In this document: piece after piece, positions 9,933 through 19,277 of the stretch
Numbering within the stretch: position 1 is the stretch's first letter
How the letters are laid out: every line of letters begins with the position of its first letter
Assembly: GCA_045047115.1 (NCBI GenBank)
Contig: JASFYR010000005.1
Coordinates: forward strand, 45,660 to 109,659
Reading direction: 5' to 3'
DNA length: 64,000 nucleotides
Source of the DNA: Sulfurospirillum sp.
GTDB taxonomy: Bacteria; Campylobacterota; Campylobacteria; Campylobacterales; Sulfurospirillaceae
Made by a program: the position numbers and the translations under genes
Notes under the pieces: model-generated
Told to the model about the DNA's origin: nothing
The model's database searches: none
Seen by the model: only the letters and a program-made list of their open reading frames with translations

Positions 9933-11258
9933 ATGGCTCAAAGAGCGATTCGTGAATATGATGGAAAAGCACTTTTCTCCAAACACTGGGAAAAATACTT
10001 TAGTGGGTTTCATTATGGTTTTAAATCTGTACTGGTAAGCAGTGGAGATGAATTGAGAAAAAAGGCTGAGGAGCACGGCTTTGAGTGGTTGAAGCAAGAG
10101 TCACTTGTTGCAAAACCTGATATGCTTTTTGGAAAAAGAGGAAAAAACGGACTAGTTCTTTTTAAAGATAAAAAACCGGGTGATGTCTCCTTGGATGTTG
10201 CGGCAGATTGGATAGATGAAAAAATTTCCCACCCTGTTACCCTCTTAAGCGGTCAACACGGAACGCTTACGCATTTTATAGTTGAACCATTTACTCCACA
10301 CAATGAAGAGCAGGAGTATTATCTATCTGCAACAACGGTAGGTGAAGATGATGTCTTGTATATGTCAACAGAGGGTGGCATGGAGATAGAAGACGGTTGG
10401 GAGGACAAGGTTACCGAAGTTGTAATTCCAATCAATATGGAAGATGCAAACATAGACCATGTAGTCAGAGCAAATGCTCCTGCTGATCTGCCGGTAGATA
10501 AAAAAGATGCCTTTGTCTCTTTTGCTATAGATTTTTTTAGATTTTACAGAGATTTAAACTTTGCGTATCTCGAGATAAATCCCCTTGTTATGCTTGAGGA
10601 TAATGAGATGGCCATACTTGATCTTGTGGCAAGACTAGACGATACTGCAGGTTACTTGATGGAAGATGATTGGGGTAAGATAGAATTTCCGACAGCTTTT
10701 GGCATGGAAGACCAATCAGAAGAAGAGAAAGCTATAGCGGATGCTGATGCAAAAAGTGGAGCATCTTTGAAACTTACTATTCTAAATCCTATGGGCAGGA
10801 TCTGGACTATGGTAGCAGGTGGTGGAGCGAGTGTTGTATATGCAGATACTATCGCTGATCTTAGCGGAAATGTTAGTGAGCTTGCAAACTATGGTGAGTA
10901 TAGTGGAGGGCCTACTACGGGTGAAACAAAGTTTTATGCAGATACTATTTTTGATCTCATGACAAGATTTAAAGACCCAAAAGGCAGAGGCAAGATTTTG
11001 ATTATCGGAGGAGCTATCGCAAATTTTACTGATGTTGCAAAAACTTTTACAGGCATTATTCAGTCTTTGGAAGAGTATGCAGATAAATTAAAAGATGTTG
11101 GTGTCAAAATATATGTTCGTCGTGGTGGACCTAACTATGAAAAAGGACTTAAAGATATAAAAGAGGCAGCAGATAGACTTGGGCTTTATATGGAGGTTTA
11201 TGGACCAGAGACCCATGTAACAGATATAGTAAGAATGTCTTTAGAAAATGGAGAGTAA
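9933..11258 (+). CDS. aclB: ATP citrate lyase beta subunit
   Basis: MAQRAIREYDGK, KPDMLFGKRGKNGLV, TMVAGGGASVVYADT, NYGEYSG, GGAIANFTDVAKTF, VRRGGPNY. Confidence 0.95.
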   Translation: MAQRAIREYDGKALFSKHWEKYFSGFHYGFKSVLVSSGDELRKKAEEHGFEWLKQESLVAKPDMLFGKRGKNGLVLFKDKKPGDVSLDVAADWIDEKISHPVTLLSGQHGTLTHFIVEPFTPHNEEQEYYLSATTVGEDDVLYMSTEGGMEIEDGWEDKVTEVVIPINMEDANIDHVVRANAPADLPVDKKDAFVSFAIDFFRFYRDLNFAYLEINPLVMLEDNEMAILDLVARLDDTAGYLMEDDWGKIEFPTAFGMEDQSEEEKAIADADAKSGASLKLTILNPMGRIWTMVAGGGASVVYADTIADLSGNVSELANYGEYSGGPTTGETKFYADTIFDLMTRFKDPKGRGKILIIGGAIANFTDVAKTFTGIIQSLEEYADKLKDVGVKIYVRRGGPNYEKGLKDIKEAADRLGLYMEVYGPETHVTDIVRMSLENGE

Positions 11259-11259
11259 G

Positions 11260-13074
11260 ATGAGTAAATTATTTACAAAAGATACACAAGCGATATTTTG
11301 GAACAATAACAGAAGTGCGATCCAAAGAATGTTGGATTATGATTACACGATAGACAGAGAGACTCCTTCTATCGCTGCTATTGTAGCTCCTACAAGCAGT
11401 GCAAAGTTTGATAAATTTTTCTGGGGTGGCGAAGAGATAATGATACCACTTTATAGAAGCACTCCTGAAGCTGTGGAAGTGCACAAAAATGCAAATGTAC
11501 TCCTAAACTTTGGCTCTTTTAGAACAGCTTACGATGTCGTGATGGAAGCTATAGAGCTAGATAGTCAGTTCAAAACCATAATGGTAACAGCCGAGGGTAT
11601 CCCCGAGAGAAGAGCTAGAACTATGAATCAAGCCGCAAGAGACAAGGGTGTGACTGTCATAGGGCCAGCTACTGTTGGTGCTATCGCTCCGGGAGCTTTT
11701 AAGATAGCAAACATCGGTGGAACTATCGAAAATATAGTAAAATCAAAACTAAATAGATGTGGTAGTTGCGGACTGGTTACCAGAAGTGGTGGACTTTTCA
11801 ATGAGATGTCAAATATCATAGCATTAAATGCAGACGGCATAGCCGAGGGTGTTGCAATAGGTGGCGATAGATTTGTAGGTTCTGTTTTTATAGACAATCT
11901 CCTTAGAATGGAAAGCAATCCGGATGTGAAATATATGATTTTGCTAGGTGAAGTTGGTGGAACCGAAGAGTATAAAGTCATAGAAGCTGTAAAAAGCGGG
12001 AAAATTACAAAGCCTATCATATCTTGGTGTATAGGCACAATCGCAAAGCATTTTGAAAGCGGAGTACAGTTTGGACACGCGGGAGCCAGTGCAAATGCCG
12101 ATAGAGAGACGGCTGAAGCCAAAAACAAGGCGATGAAAGAGGCAGGTTTTTATGTTCCTGATTCATTTAATGATATACCAGCAACCATCCATAAGGTATA
12201 TGAAGATCTTTTAGCGAAAGGTATTATAATGCCTATAGTTGAGCCGGAAATAAAATCCATACCAAAAAATAGAAAAGCTAGAAATTTTATCTGTACTATC
12301 AGTGATGATAGAGGTGAAGAAGCGACATATTGTGGCATACCTATATCAAAAGTGGCAACTCCTGATACAGGGTTTTCATTAGGTGATGTTATGAGTCTTC
12401 TTTGGTTTAAGAAGAGATATCCAAAATGGGCAGTTGAGTTTATAGAGACAGTACTTAAAACTGTAGCAGACCATGGTCCTGCAGTCAGTGGCGCTCACAA
12501 TGCAAAAGTAACTGCAAGAGCCGGTAAGGATGTTGTCAGTTCTCTGATAGCTGGACTTTTAACAATAGGACCAAGATTTGGCGGAGCGATAGACGGAGCT
12601 GCAAAATACTTCAAATATGGTTATGATAACAATCTTTCACCAAAAGAATTTTTGGCATATATGAAAAAACAGGGTATCCCGATTCCGGGTATCGGTCATA
12701 GGATAAAATCACTCAGAAATCCGGATTTAAGAGTTTCCGGACTTAAAAAGTATGCAGACGAGTACTTCCCTTCCCATCCTGTTTTAAATTATGCTTTAGA
12801 AATTGAAAAGATGACTACAAGCAAAAAAGATAACTTAATCCTAAATGTTGACGGAACTATCGGTGTTTTAATGGTTGATATGTGGAAAGAGTTGGGATAT
12901 GACGATGATGAAATAGGAACATTTATAGATGCGGGTGCATTAAATGCTTTCTTTATACTGGGAAGATGTATCGGTTTTATCGGACATATTCTCGACGAGA
13001 AGAGGCTAAATATGCCTATGTACAGACATCCTTGGGATGATATACTTTATGATATAGAGACTGCAGAAATATAA
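11260..13074 (+). CDS. aclA: ATP citrate lyase alpha subunit
   Basis: IQRMLDYD, GPATVG, FGHAGA (phospho-His), ADHGPAVSGAHN, IPGIGHRIKS, LNVDG. Start placed at ATG 11260 after SD GGAG. Confidence 0.95.
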   Translation: MSKLFTKDTQAIFWNNNRSAIQRMLDYDYTIDRETPSIAAIVAPTSSAKFDKFFWGGEEIMIPLYRSTPEAVEVHKNANVLLNFGSFRTAYDVVMEAIELDSQFKTIMVTAEGIPERRARTMNQAARDKGVTVIGPATVGAIAPGAFKIANIGGTIENIVKSKLNRCGSCGLVTRSGGLFNEMSNIIALNADGIAEGVAIGGDRFVGSVFIDNLLRMESNPDVKYMILLGEVGGTEEYKVIEAVKSGKITKPIISWCIGTIAKHFESGVQFGHAGASANADRETAEAKNKAMKEAGFYVPDSFNDIPATIHKVYEDLLAKGIIMPIVEPEIKSIPKNRKARNFICTISDDRGEEATYCGIPISKVATPDTGFSLGDVMSLLWFKKRYPKWAVEFIETVLKTVADHGPAVSGAHNAKVTARAGKDVVSSLIAGLLTIGPRFGGAIDGAAKYFKYGYDNNLSPKEFLAYMKKQGIPIPGIGHRIKSLRNPDLRVSGLKKYADEYFPSHPVLNYALEIEKMTTSKKDNLILNVDGTIGVLMVDMWKELGYDDDEIGTFIDAGALNAFFILGRCIGFIGHILDEKRLNMPMYRHPWDDILYDIETAEI

Positions 13075-13082
13075 ACACATAT

Positions 13083-13116
13083 ATACGGGGACAGACAGCC
13101 TTGTCTATCCCCGTAT
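13083..13116 (+). terminator. Stem-loop after aclA, probable intrinsic terminator
   Basis: ATACGGGGACAGACA-GCCT-TGTCTATCCCCGTAT, 15-bp stem with one mismatch. Confidence 0.65.
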
Positions 13117-13137
13117 TATCATTTTGTTACTCCTAAA

Positions 13138-13146
13138 TGGTATAAT
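13138..13146 (+). promoter_or_regulatory. Extended -10 promoter for pyk
   Basis: TGGTATAAT, followed by SD AAGGAG and ATG 13176. Confidence 0.65.
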
Positions 13147-13175
13147 TACAACACAATACATTAAGGAGATAGCAC

Positions 13176-14621
13176 ATGAATAAAAAAACAAAGATTTTAG
13201 CTACTGTCGGACCTGCCAGCGAGAGCGTGGAAGTTTTGGAAGGTTTGATAAATGCCGGTGTAGATGTATTTAGACTAAACTTTAGTCATGGAACTCACGA
13301 GTACCATGAAAATATGCTAAAAAATATAAGAGAAGCAGAAAAAAATATTGGCAAAAGAGTCGGCATACTTCAAGACATCTGTGGTCCAAAGATAAGAGTT
13401 GGCAAACTAAATAATGATTTTAATCTCAAAGCACAAGATAAGTTGATTTTTTTACGAAAAGAGATAGTGGGTAGGCAGGCAGATGAGCATATATATGAGC
13501 TTAGCATCAATCAGCATGATGTTTTAGACATGCTTAAAGTGGGAGAGTATATATATCTGTATGACGGAAATATTAGAGCAAGAGTTAGCAAAGTAGGTGA
13601 AACTATAGAAACTGTTGTCCAAAACAGTGGCAAGCTCTCATCAAACAAAGGTGTGAATTTTCCAAATACTGTGATAAATATAGATGTTATTACAGAAAAA
13701 GACGAGAAAGATTTACAGTGGGGTGCAAAAAATGGAGTTGATTTTGTAGCTGTATCATTTGTGCAGAGTGCAAAAGATATCCTTCACGCAAGAGAGTTAT
13801 TGAGCAAGTTTGGCTCAAGTTCTCGCATAATTGCCAAAATAGAAAAATTTGATGCCGTTGAAAATATAGATGAGATATTAAAGGTTAGTGATGGAGTGAT
13901 GGTTGCAAGAGGCGACCTGGGTATAGAAGTGCCCTATTATAAAGTGCCAAGTATCCAAAAGAGAATCATAAGAAAAGCAAATGCAGCCTCCAAGCCGGTT
14001 ATCACAGCCACACAAATGCTTTTGTCTATGGCAGAAAATGAGATGGCAACAAGGGCGGAGATAAGTGACGTGGCAAATGCGGTTCTGGATGGTACAGATG
14101 CAGTAATGCTCAGTGAAGAGAGCGCGATAGGCAATAATCCCGTAAATGTTGTAGAGGTTATGGCAAATACTATAAAAGAGACAGAAGAGGTATATCCATA
14201 TAATAAATTTGATAGATATAGGTTTTTGGATGAGACAGATATCATATCTTCATCAACCGCAAAATTAGCCCAACAGCTTGATGTAGATGCGATAATATCC
14301 ATAACAACTTCAGGAAAATCAGCAATAAAACTAGCAAGATACAGGATAAAAAATGATATATATGCAGTAACTCACGATGAAAAAACAGCGAGATCATTGA
14401 GTATAGTGTGGGGTCTGAAGCCATTGATGTATATAAAAAACCAAAATCCAAGCTTGATGCTCTCAGATATGTTAAAAGAGGCCATCAATGAAAATGTCAT
14501 CAATGAAGAGGGTACTTATATAGTAACTGCCGGTTTTCCAACAGGATGCGAGGGGAGTACGAACTTTATAAGGATACTCAAAAAAGAGCAGATTGAGTAC
14601 TACAAAAACTTAGTATTTTAG
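13176..14621 (+). CDS. pyk: Pyruvate kinase
   Basis: KTKILATVGPAS, RLNFSHG, AKIEK, MVARGDLGIE, ATQMLLSM. Confidence 0.97.
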   Translation: MNKKTKILATVGPASESVEVLEGLINAGVDVFRLNFSHGTHEYHENMLKNIREAEKNIGKRVGILQDICGPKIRVGKLNNDFNLKAQDKLIFLRKEIVGRQADEHIYELSINQHDVLDMLKVGEYIYLYDGNIRARVSKVGETIETVVQNSGKLSSNKGVNFPNTVINIDVITEKDEKDLQWGAKNGVDFVAVSFVQSAKDILHARELLSKFGSSSRIIAKIEKFDAVENIDEILKVSDGVMVARGDLGIEVPYYKVPSIQKRIIRKANAASKPVITATQMLLSMAENEMATRAEISDVANAVLDGTDAVMLSEESAIGNNPVNVVEVMANTIKETEEVYPYNKFDRYRFLDETDIISSSTAKLAQQLDVDAIISITTSGKSAIKLARYRIKNDIYAVTHDEKTARSLSIVWGLKPLMYIKNQNPSLMLSDMLKEAINENVINEEGTYIVTAGFPTGCEGSTNFIRILKKEQIEYYKNLVF

Positions 14622-14633
14622 CTGGAGGTTTAG

Positions 14634-15383
14634 ATGAATTATATTTTTTTTATTATAGTTGTGGCGGTTTTTTATATATTGACTCGAAATTATAAGAGTG
14701 ACGGGTACAATATAAATATAGATACAAAACAGAAATTTAACGGAAACTTAGAAAATCATGAAGCTGGACTGCTTGTGGCTTTGATGGCAAAAGTAGCAAA
14801 AGCCGATGGGCATGTGAGTGAACTAGAGGCTGAGCTTTTGGGCAATACACTCACTCAACTCTCATCTGTTTTTCAAAATCAGGCTGAAGTCAGAGAAAAA
14901 CTAAAGGTGATATATAAAAAAGAGCTGGATAGTTTTGAAAATACTATAGAGATTGCCAAAAAATACTTCAAACTCACCCAAAGAGACTATCGCAAAAGGG
15001 TCATGACGCTAGAATATCTTTTAAATCTCGCATATATAGACAATGAGTTTACACAAGAAGAGAGAATGATATGCGAAGATATAGCAGATGCCTTGGAGAT
15101 AAAAAAAGCAGATTTTGATGCACTTGTCATAAAATTTAGAAATTTTTACGCTAACCAATACAATAATCAGGTAAATACTCTCCAAAATGCATACAAAGTT
15201 TTAGGTGCCAGTAAAAGCGATGATATGGTGACTATCAAAACCAAATATAAAAAATTAGTAAGAGAAAACCATCCTGATTTACTGATGGGAAAAGGTGCAG
15301 GACAGTCTATCATAGACAAAGCAACTATAAAACTTCAAGAGATAAACGAAGCTTATGAAATCATCAAAAAGAGTAGGTCTTGA
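14634..15383 (+). CDS. djlA: DjlA-like co-chaperone (TerB-like plus J domain)
   Basis: N-terminal TM; AKVAKADGHVS; J domain with HPD and INEAYE. Confidence 0.85.
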   Translation: MNYIFFIIVVAVFYILTRNYKSDGYNINIDTKQKFNGNLENHEAGLLVALMAKVAKADGHVSELEAELLGNTLTQLSSVFQNQAEVREKLKVIYKKELDSFENTIEIAKKYFKLTQRDYRKRVMTLEYLLNLAYIDNEFTQEERMICEDIADALEIKKADFDALVIKFRNFYANQYNNQVNTLQNAYKVLGASKSDDMVTIKTKYKKLVRENHPDLLMGKGAGQSIIDKATIKLQEINEAYEIIKKSRS

Positions 15384-16180
15384 TAAGATTTATGCTGTTT
15401 TTGTTGCCGATAGTTTTGTCTGCATATCAGATAAAAAATGGTGAAGTAAAGCTCATAAATCTGGATAAAAATTCTACAATAATTTTTGGGAGTAAAAAGA
15501 TACCGGCTATAGAAAATCCTGCAAAAAAAGGAAGTTATTTTGCTCTTATTCCTATAAAATACAGAGAAAAACCAGGCCTTTATACTATCTTGGTTGACGG
15601 TAAAAAAAAGGCTCTGCATGTAGAGCTTAAAAAATATAAAAAAGAGTATATAAAAGTAGCAAAATCCAAGGTAAAACCAAATAAAAAAGCACTCGAAAGG
15701 ATATATAAAGAGTATAAAAACGCTATGAAGATTTACTCAAAAATTACGCCAAAAAGATACTGGAGTAAGCCATTTATCCTGCCACTGCACTCAAAATTGA
15801 CAAGTAGTTATGGCAATGCAAGGATCTTTAATCATACGCTAAAAAGTTTTCACAGCGGGGCTGATTTTAGAGCAAAGATGGGCACACAAGTGCGAGCGAC
15901 AAATGACGGTGTAGTAGTGATAGCAAGTAAGAGATACTATGCAGGTGGCTCAGTAGTGATAGATCACGGTGAGGGTCTTTACAGCTGCTACTTTCACCTA
16001 AGCAAGATTTTGGTAAAAATAGGGCAGAAGGTAAGGCAAAAAGAGCTTCTGGGCTTAAGTGGCAAGAGTGGTAGAGTAAATGGACCCCATCTTCATTACG
16101 GTATCAGACTGTATAATTATGCCATAAATCCTCTGCAGTTTACAAAAGAGATAGATACTATATTTGAAATTAAAAAATGA
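15380..16180 (+). CDS. M23 family peptidoglycan metallopeptidase
   Basis: Signal peptide; HSGADF (HxxxD); GPHLHYG (HxH). Confidence 0.9.
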   Translation: MIRFMLFLLPIVLSAYQIKNGEVKLINLDKNSTIIFGSKKIPAIENPAKKGSYFALIPIKYREKPGLYTILVDGKKKALHVELKKYKKEYIKVAKSKVKPNKKALERIYKEYKNAMKIYSKITPKRYWSKPFILPLHSKLTSSYGNARIFNHTLKSFHSGADFRAKMGTQVRATNDGVVVIASKRYYAGGSVVIDHGEGLYSCYFHLSKILVKIGQKVRQKELLGLSGKSGRVNGPHLHYGIRLYNYAINPLQFTKEIDTIFEIKK

Positions 16181-16776
16181 AGTTTGTATATATAATTCTT
16201 TGGGCAAGCATCATGTTGTTTGGCTCAAGCTGTGCCGACCAATACAGTAATGAAAATTACACGACAGCATCACAGAGTTTTGGAGATGAAGTGGGTGGAA
16301 GCTTAAAAAAGTATTTTGGCAAAGATATGCAAGAGTTTAAGGAGTTTGAAAAAACAGGTATCCAAGAAGAGATATACTATCTGAAAAAAGGTTTTTTTGT
16401 AAGAAATGGAGACAACTACTATCCTGTAAAAGATGGAGTCTGGAAGTTGCATGCTGACAAAAATAGCAAGATAGATGCATTAGATATAGCAAAAAATACC
16501 CTATACCAAGATTCTGTAGAGGATATAGCAAATGATTTAAACTCTGATATGGACAATCTTTGGGCAAAATGGGGTGGAGATGCTTACGGACATTATATGG
16601 TTCCTGAGTATGTCCAAATCCACTACAATAATTTTTACATATCACTAAAAGCCAACATATACGGAAGCGAGGGAGATTCAACCGGACTAAAAAAAGCTTT
16701 TTTGGATTTTTATATCATCAATAATACAGATGAGGTAAATAGATATGTAAGATGTTCTAAGAGCATAAAAAAGTAG
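16177..16776 (+). CDS. Hypothetical exported protein, possible lipoprotein
   Basis: Signal-like N-terminus ending FGSSC; ATGA overlap with the upstream gene. Confidence 0.65.
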   Translation: MKFVYIILWASIMLFGSSCADQYSNENYTTASQSFGDEVGGSLKKYFGKDMQEFKEFEKTGIQEEIYYLKKGFFVRNGDNYYPVKDGVWKLHADKNSKIDALDIAKNTLYQDSVEDIANDLNSDMDNLWAKWGGDAYGHYMVPEYVQIHYNNFYISLKANIYGSEGDSTGLKKAFLDFYIINNTDEVNRYVRCSKSIKK

Positions 16777-16815
16777 TCATTAATTGTGAGCGTTAAATAT
16801 TATAAGGAGTTAAAA

Positions 16816-17277
16816 ATGAGAGCAATAGGTAATTTACTGTGGTTTCTTTTGGGTGGTGTTGTTATGGGGCTTGCTTGGTGGTTGGTTGGATTAATTGCTT
16901 TTGCTACAGTAGTTGGAATTCCTTGGGGGCGAGCTTGCTTTGTAATTGGTAACTTTTCATTTTTTCCATTTGGTAAAGAGGCAATAAGCCGCAAAGAACT
17001 AACTGGGCAAGAAGACATAGGTACTGGTAGTTTTGGTGTGTTAGGAAATATAATTTGGTTTTTATTTGCTGGTTTTTGGCTAGCGCTTGGGCATGTGATT
17101 TCAGCTATGTTTAATTTTATAACCATCATTGGTATACCTTTCGGTATTCAGCATTTAAAACTTGCAGGAATCGCAATTTCTCCGATTGGAAAAACTATCG
17201 TTACAAAAGAAGTTGCAGCAGCAGCGCGTTTAGCAAATGCAAAGTCAACAGTAGCTGACATGAGAGACAACACATAG
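16816..17277 (+). CDS. yccF: YccF domain inner membrane protein
   Basis: Two repeats of GN(L/I)(L/I)WF...T(V/I)(V/I)GIP(W/F)G. Start placed at ATG 16816 after SD AAGGAG. Confidence 0.9.
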   Translation: MRAIGNLLWFLLGGVVMGLAWWLVGLIAFATVVGIPWGRACFVIGNFSFFPFGKEAISRKELTGQEDIGTGSFGVLGNIIWFLFAGFWLALGHVISAMFNFITIIGIPFGIQHLKLAGIAISPIGKTIVTKEVAAAARLANAKSTVADMRDNT

Positions 17278-17334
17278 GTTTAAAGCAGATAAAACATATA
17301 AATATTTATATATGTTTGAAAAAGAGATCTGATA

Positions 17335-17371
17335 TTTCCCATTCTGCCCTAGTAGAGCAAAATGGGAAAAA
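17335..17371 (-). terminator. Stem-loop between convergent yccF and the ABM pseudogene
   Basis: Minus strand TTTCCCATTTTGCTCT-ACT-AGGGCAGAATGGGAAA pairs fully when G-U is allowed. Confidence 0.6.
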
Positions 17372-17564
17372 TTAGGCTACAACCTTATATACTTCAACCT
17401 CAGATTTTCCACTAAACCAATCTCTCGAGGGATGTAAAATCTTTGCTTCAACACATCCTGGCTGCTCCAGTATGTTGTGTTTTTTTGGCAGCCTCTAGCA
17501 AGTGTTTTGCATACTCTTTATTGTACTCTTCTTTGATAGGAAATCTTGTGAAAACTACGACCAT
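17372..17564 (-). pseudogene. Frameshifted, shortened ABM (antibiotic biosynthesis monooxygenase / IsdG-like) family gene
   Basis: SD AAGGAG plus ATG. Reads MVVVFTRFPIKEEYNKEYAKHLLEAAKK, then after an A7 run (17480-17486) continues in the shifted frame as HNILEQPGCVEAKILHPSRDWFSGKSEVEVYKVVA*. Confidence 0.6.
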
Positions 17565-17656
17565 GATACCGCTCCTTAAAATTATTTATATTTTTGTAAA
17601 TATCACAAAAATATCATTTGGAATGATACTCTTTATATGTAAATATATTAAAAATT

Positions 17657-17872
17657 TTATCTTTTATTTTTACATCTGGACCCGTTTATGGCAAAATAAA
17701 TCAGATCTTTTATGACTAGTATCAGGCAGTAGAGCCATAGGGTTATAAGTATATAATTACTTTTATATAAACCCTCAAAGTAGAGGTACCCAAAACCAAG
17801 GAAATATGGCCATTTTAGAAAATAGAAGAAAAGTATGCCTGCTCCATATATCTCTTTGAAAAAATGTTTCAT
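17657..17872 (-). CDS. Small hypothetical membrane protein (71 aa)
   Basis: SD AAGGA upstream; two aromatic-rich hydrophobic segments; basic tail. Confidence 0.65.
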   Translation of the reverse strand: MKHFFKEIYGAGILFFYFLKWPYFLGFGYLYFEGLYKSNYILITLWLYCLILVIKDLIYFAINGSRCKNKR

Positions 17873-17908
17873 CTTTTTAGTATCCTTTTTATTTTTTGTA
17901 TGAAATTA

Positions 17909-17917
17909 TGCTAAAAT
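17909..17917 (+). promoter_or_regulatory. Extended -10 promoter for the small ORF at 17946
   Basis: TGCTAAAAT. Confidence 0.55.
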
Positions 17918-17945
17918 AGCAAATAACAAACAAAAGGAGATGGTA

Positions 17946-18032
17946 TTGGAGTATAACATTTTGGGTCTTATTTTTGCCTCAGTAGTGGTTGTGTCGTTTT
18001 TTATGGTAGCACTCACAAAAGAGAAAAAGTAA
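17946..18032 (+). CDS. Small single-TM membrane peptide (28 aa; 30 aa from ATG 17940)
   Basis: Promoter plus SD AAGGAG (17934-17939) plus TTG; MEYNILGLIFASVVVVSFFMVALTKEKK. Confidence 0.6.
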   Translation: MEYNILGLIFASVVVVSFFMVALTKEKK

Positions 18033-18038
18033 TGCCTC

Positions 18039-19277
18039 CTAAACAACTCCTGCGTTAGAAACAGGTTCCACTTTCGGTTTGGTATCTTTTAAAAGCAGGG
18101 TAGGCTCATCAAAAGGTGCCAGTCGCTCCATAAAATCTATTATGCTTAGTAGTGGGGTAGCATAAAAAAATTTTAGTTGATGATTGTATTGCCATAGTTT
18201 GTCAGCATAGATAAGCACAAGATAGGGTATGTCACTAATACCATCACCATTTTTGTCAAATCCTATATACCTATCCCAATAATTTTCCTCTATACTGTTT
18301 TCGTCATGAAACTCTCCACTAACATCCTTTACAACATCTTCCAGGTTTCCTACGATATTGTTATACTTGATGGTGTTGTTTTTTATGGTTGTATAGAAAT
18401 GAAAAGCAACATTGTTATTTATGATACTATTGTACTTTATATATCTTTGCATTCCAATCTCTACCGGGCTTGAGCTTATGTAGATAGCTTGAGCATGTCC
18501 GCTTAGAGTGTTGTGGCTGACATGTATATTTTTGCCACCATCTAACATGATGCCAATACCAGTACTGAGGTGAGTTTTTATGATGATGTTGTTAGCTATG
18601 TTGATATTTTTTCCACCCTTGCATCTTACTCCTACATAATTTGAATATATTTTGTTGGATCTTATAGATATATCGTTACTCATATCGCTTAACACTCCAT
18701 ATCTTCCATTTTTCATAGTGTTGTTTTTTATTTTGTTGTGATTTGATCTGCTTAGGGCTATGTCTCTGCTTAGGGAGAGATTATTGTTTTCTATGAGATT
18801 ATTGCTTGAATTATATAGTCGTATTCCGTCACCTCTGTTGTCAACCACCTTTTCTTTATATGATGTTATTGTATTGTCTATGATTTTAGAGTATTTTGTA
18901 TTGTGAAATACAATTCCAAAGAGCGTTTTGTAAAAGTTGCAGTTTTTTATCTCTACATGTAAAGCATTCTCTACTTTGACGCCACTGTCAAGATTGTATC
19001 TTTGGTGTCCACTCCCCCTTATGGTGAGATTTTCGATATTTACATCAGAGCTTTTAATAGTTATTACTGTACCATTTCCAGAATTTTCTATGATGCTGTC
19101 TTTCCCTGCTCCGGATATTATCAAAGGTTTGTCAATAATAATAGGACCTTTAAATACCCCTTTGGGTAGTTCTATTTTTGAGCCTGGTGTTGCAAGAGTT
19201 ATGATCTGCTTTAAGCTCTGGTTTGCCAGTAGTGGCAGAGTCAAAAAAAGAGTGAAGATTATAAAAGATTTTCTCAT
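18039..19277 (-). CDS. nosD: NosD-like periplasmic beta-helix protein (N2O reductase maturation family)
   Basis: Signal peptide; GPIIIDKPL; RGDGIRLYNS; parallel beta-helix repeats; NYWDRYIGFDKNGDGISDIPY; LLKDTKP. Confidence 0.85.
   Translation of the reverse strand: MRKSFIIFTLFLTLPLLANQSLKQIITLATPGSKIELPKGVFKGPIIIDKPLIISGAGKDSIIENSGNGTVITIKSSDVNIENLTIRGSGHQRYNLDSGVKVENALHVEIKNCNFYKTLFGIVFHNTKYSKIIDNTITSYKEKVVDNRGDGIRLYNSSNNLIENNNLSLSRDIALSRSNHNKIKNNTMKNGRYGVLSDMSNDISIRSNKIYSNYVGVRCKGGKNINIANNIIIKTHLSTGIGIMLDGGKNIHVSHNTLSGHAQAIYISSSPVEIGMQRYIKYNSIINNNVAFHFYTTIKNNTIKYNNIVGNLEDVVKDVSGEFHDENSIEENYWDRYIGFDKNGDGISDIPYLVLIYADKLWQYNHQLKFFYATPLLSIIDFMERLAPFDEPTLLLKDTKPKVEPVSNAGVV

Noticed and set aside
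11628..12128. Long antisense ORFs inside aclA, pyk, atpD, gltB, uvrA and other genes
   Set aside because: Shadow frames of conserved genes, with no SD or domain signal.
16786..17320. yccF as an integron gene cassette (GTTAAAT at 16792 fits GTTRRRY)
   Set aside because: No matching RYYYAAC inverse core or attC-like fold downstream, and no integrase in the window.
17443..17715. 90-aa + strand ORF
   Set aside because: No SD and no recognisable motif. It is antisense to the better supported ABM pseudogene and the 71-aa gene.
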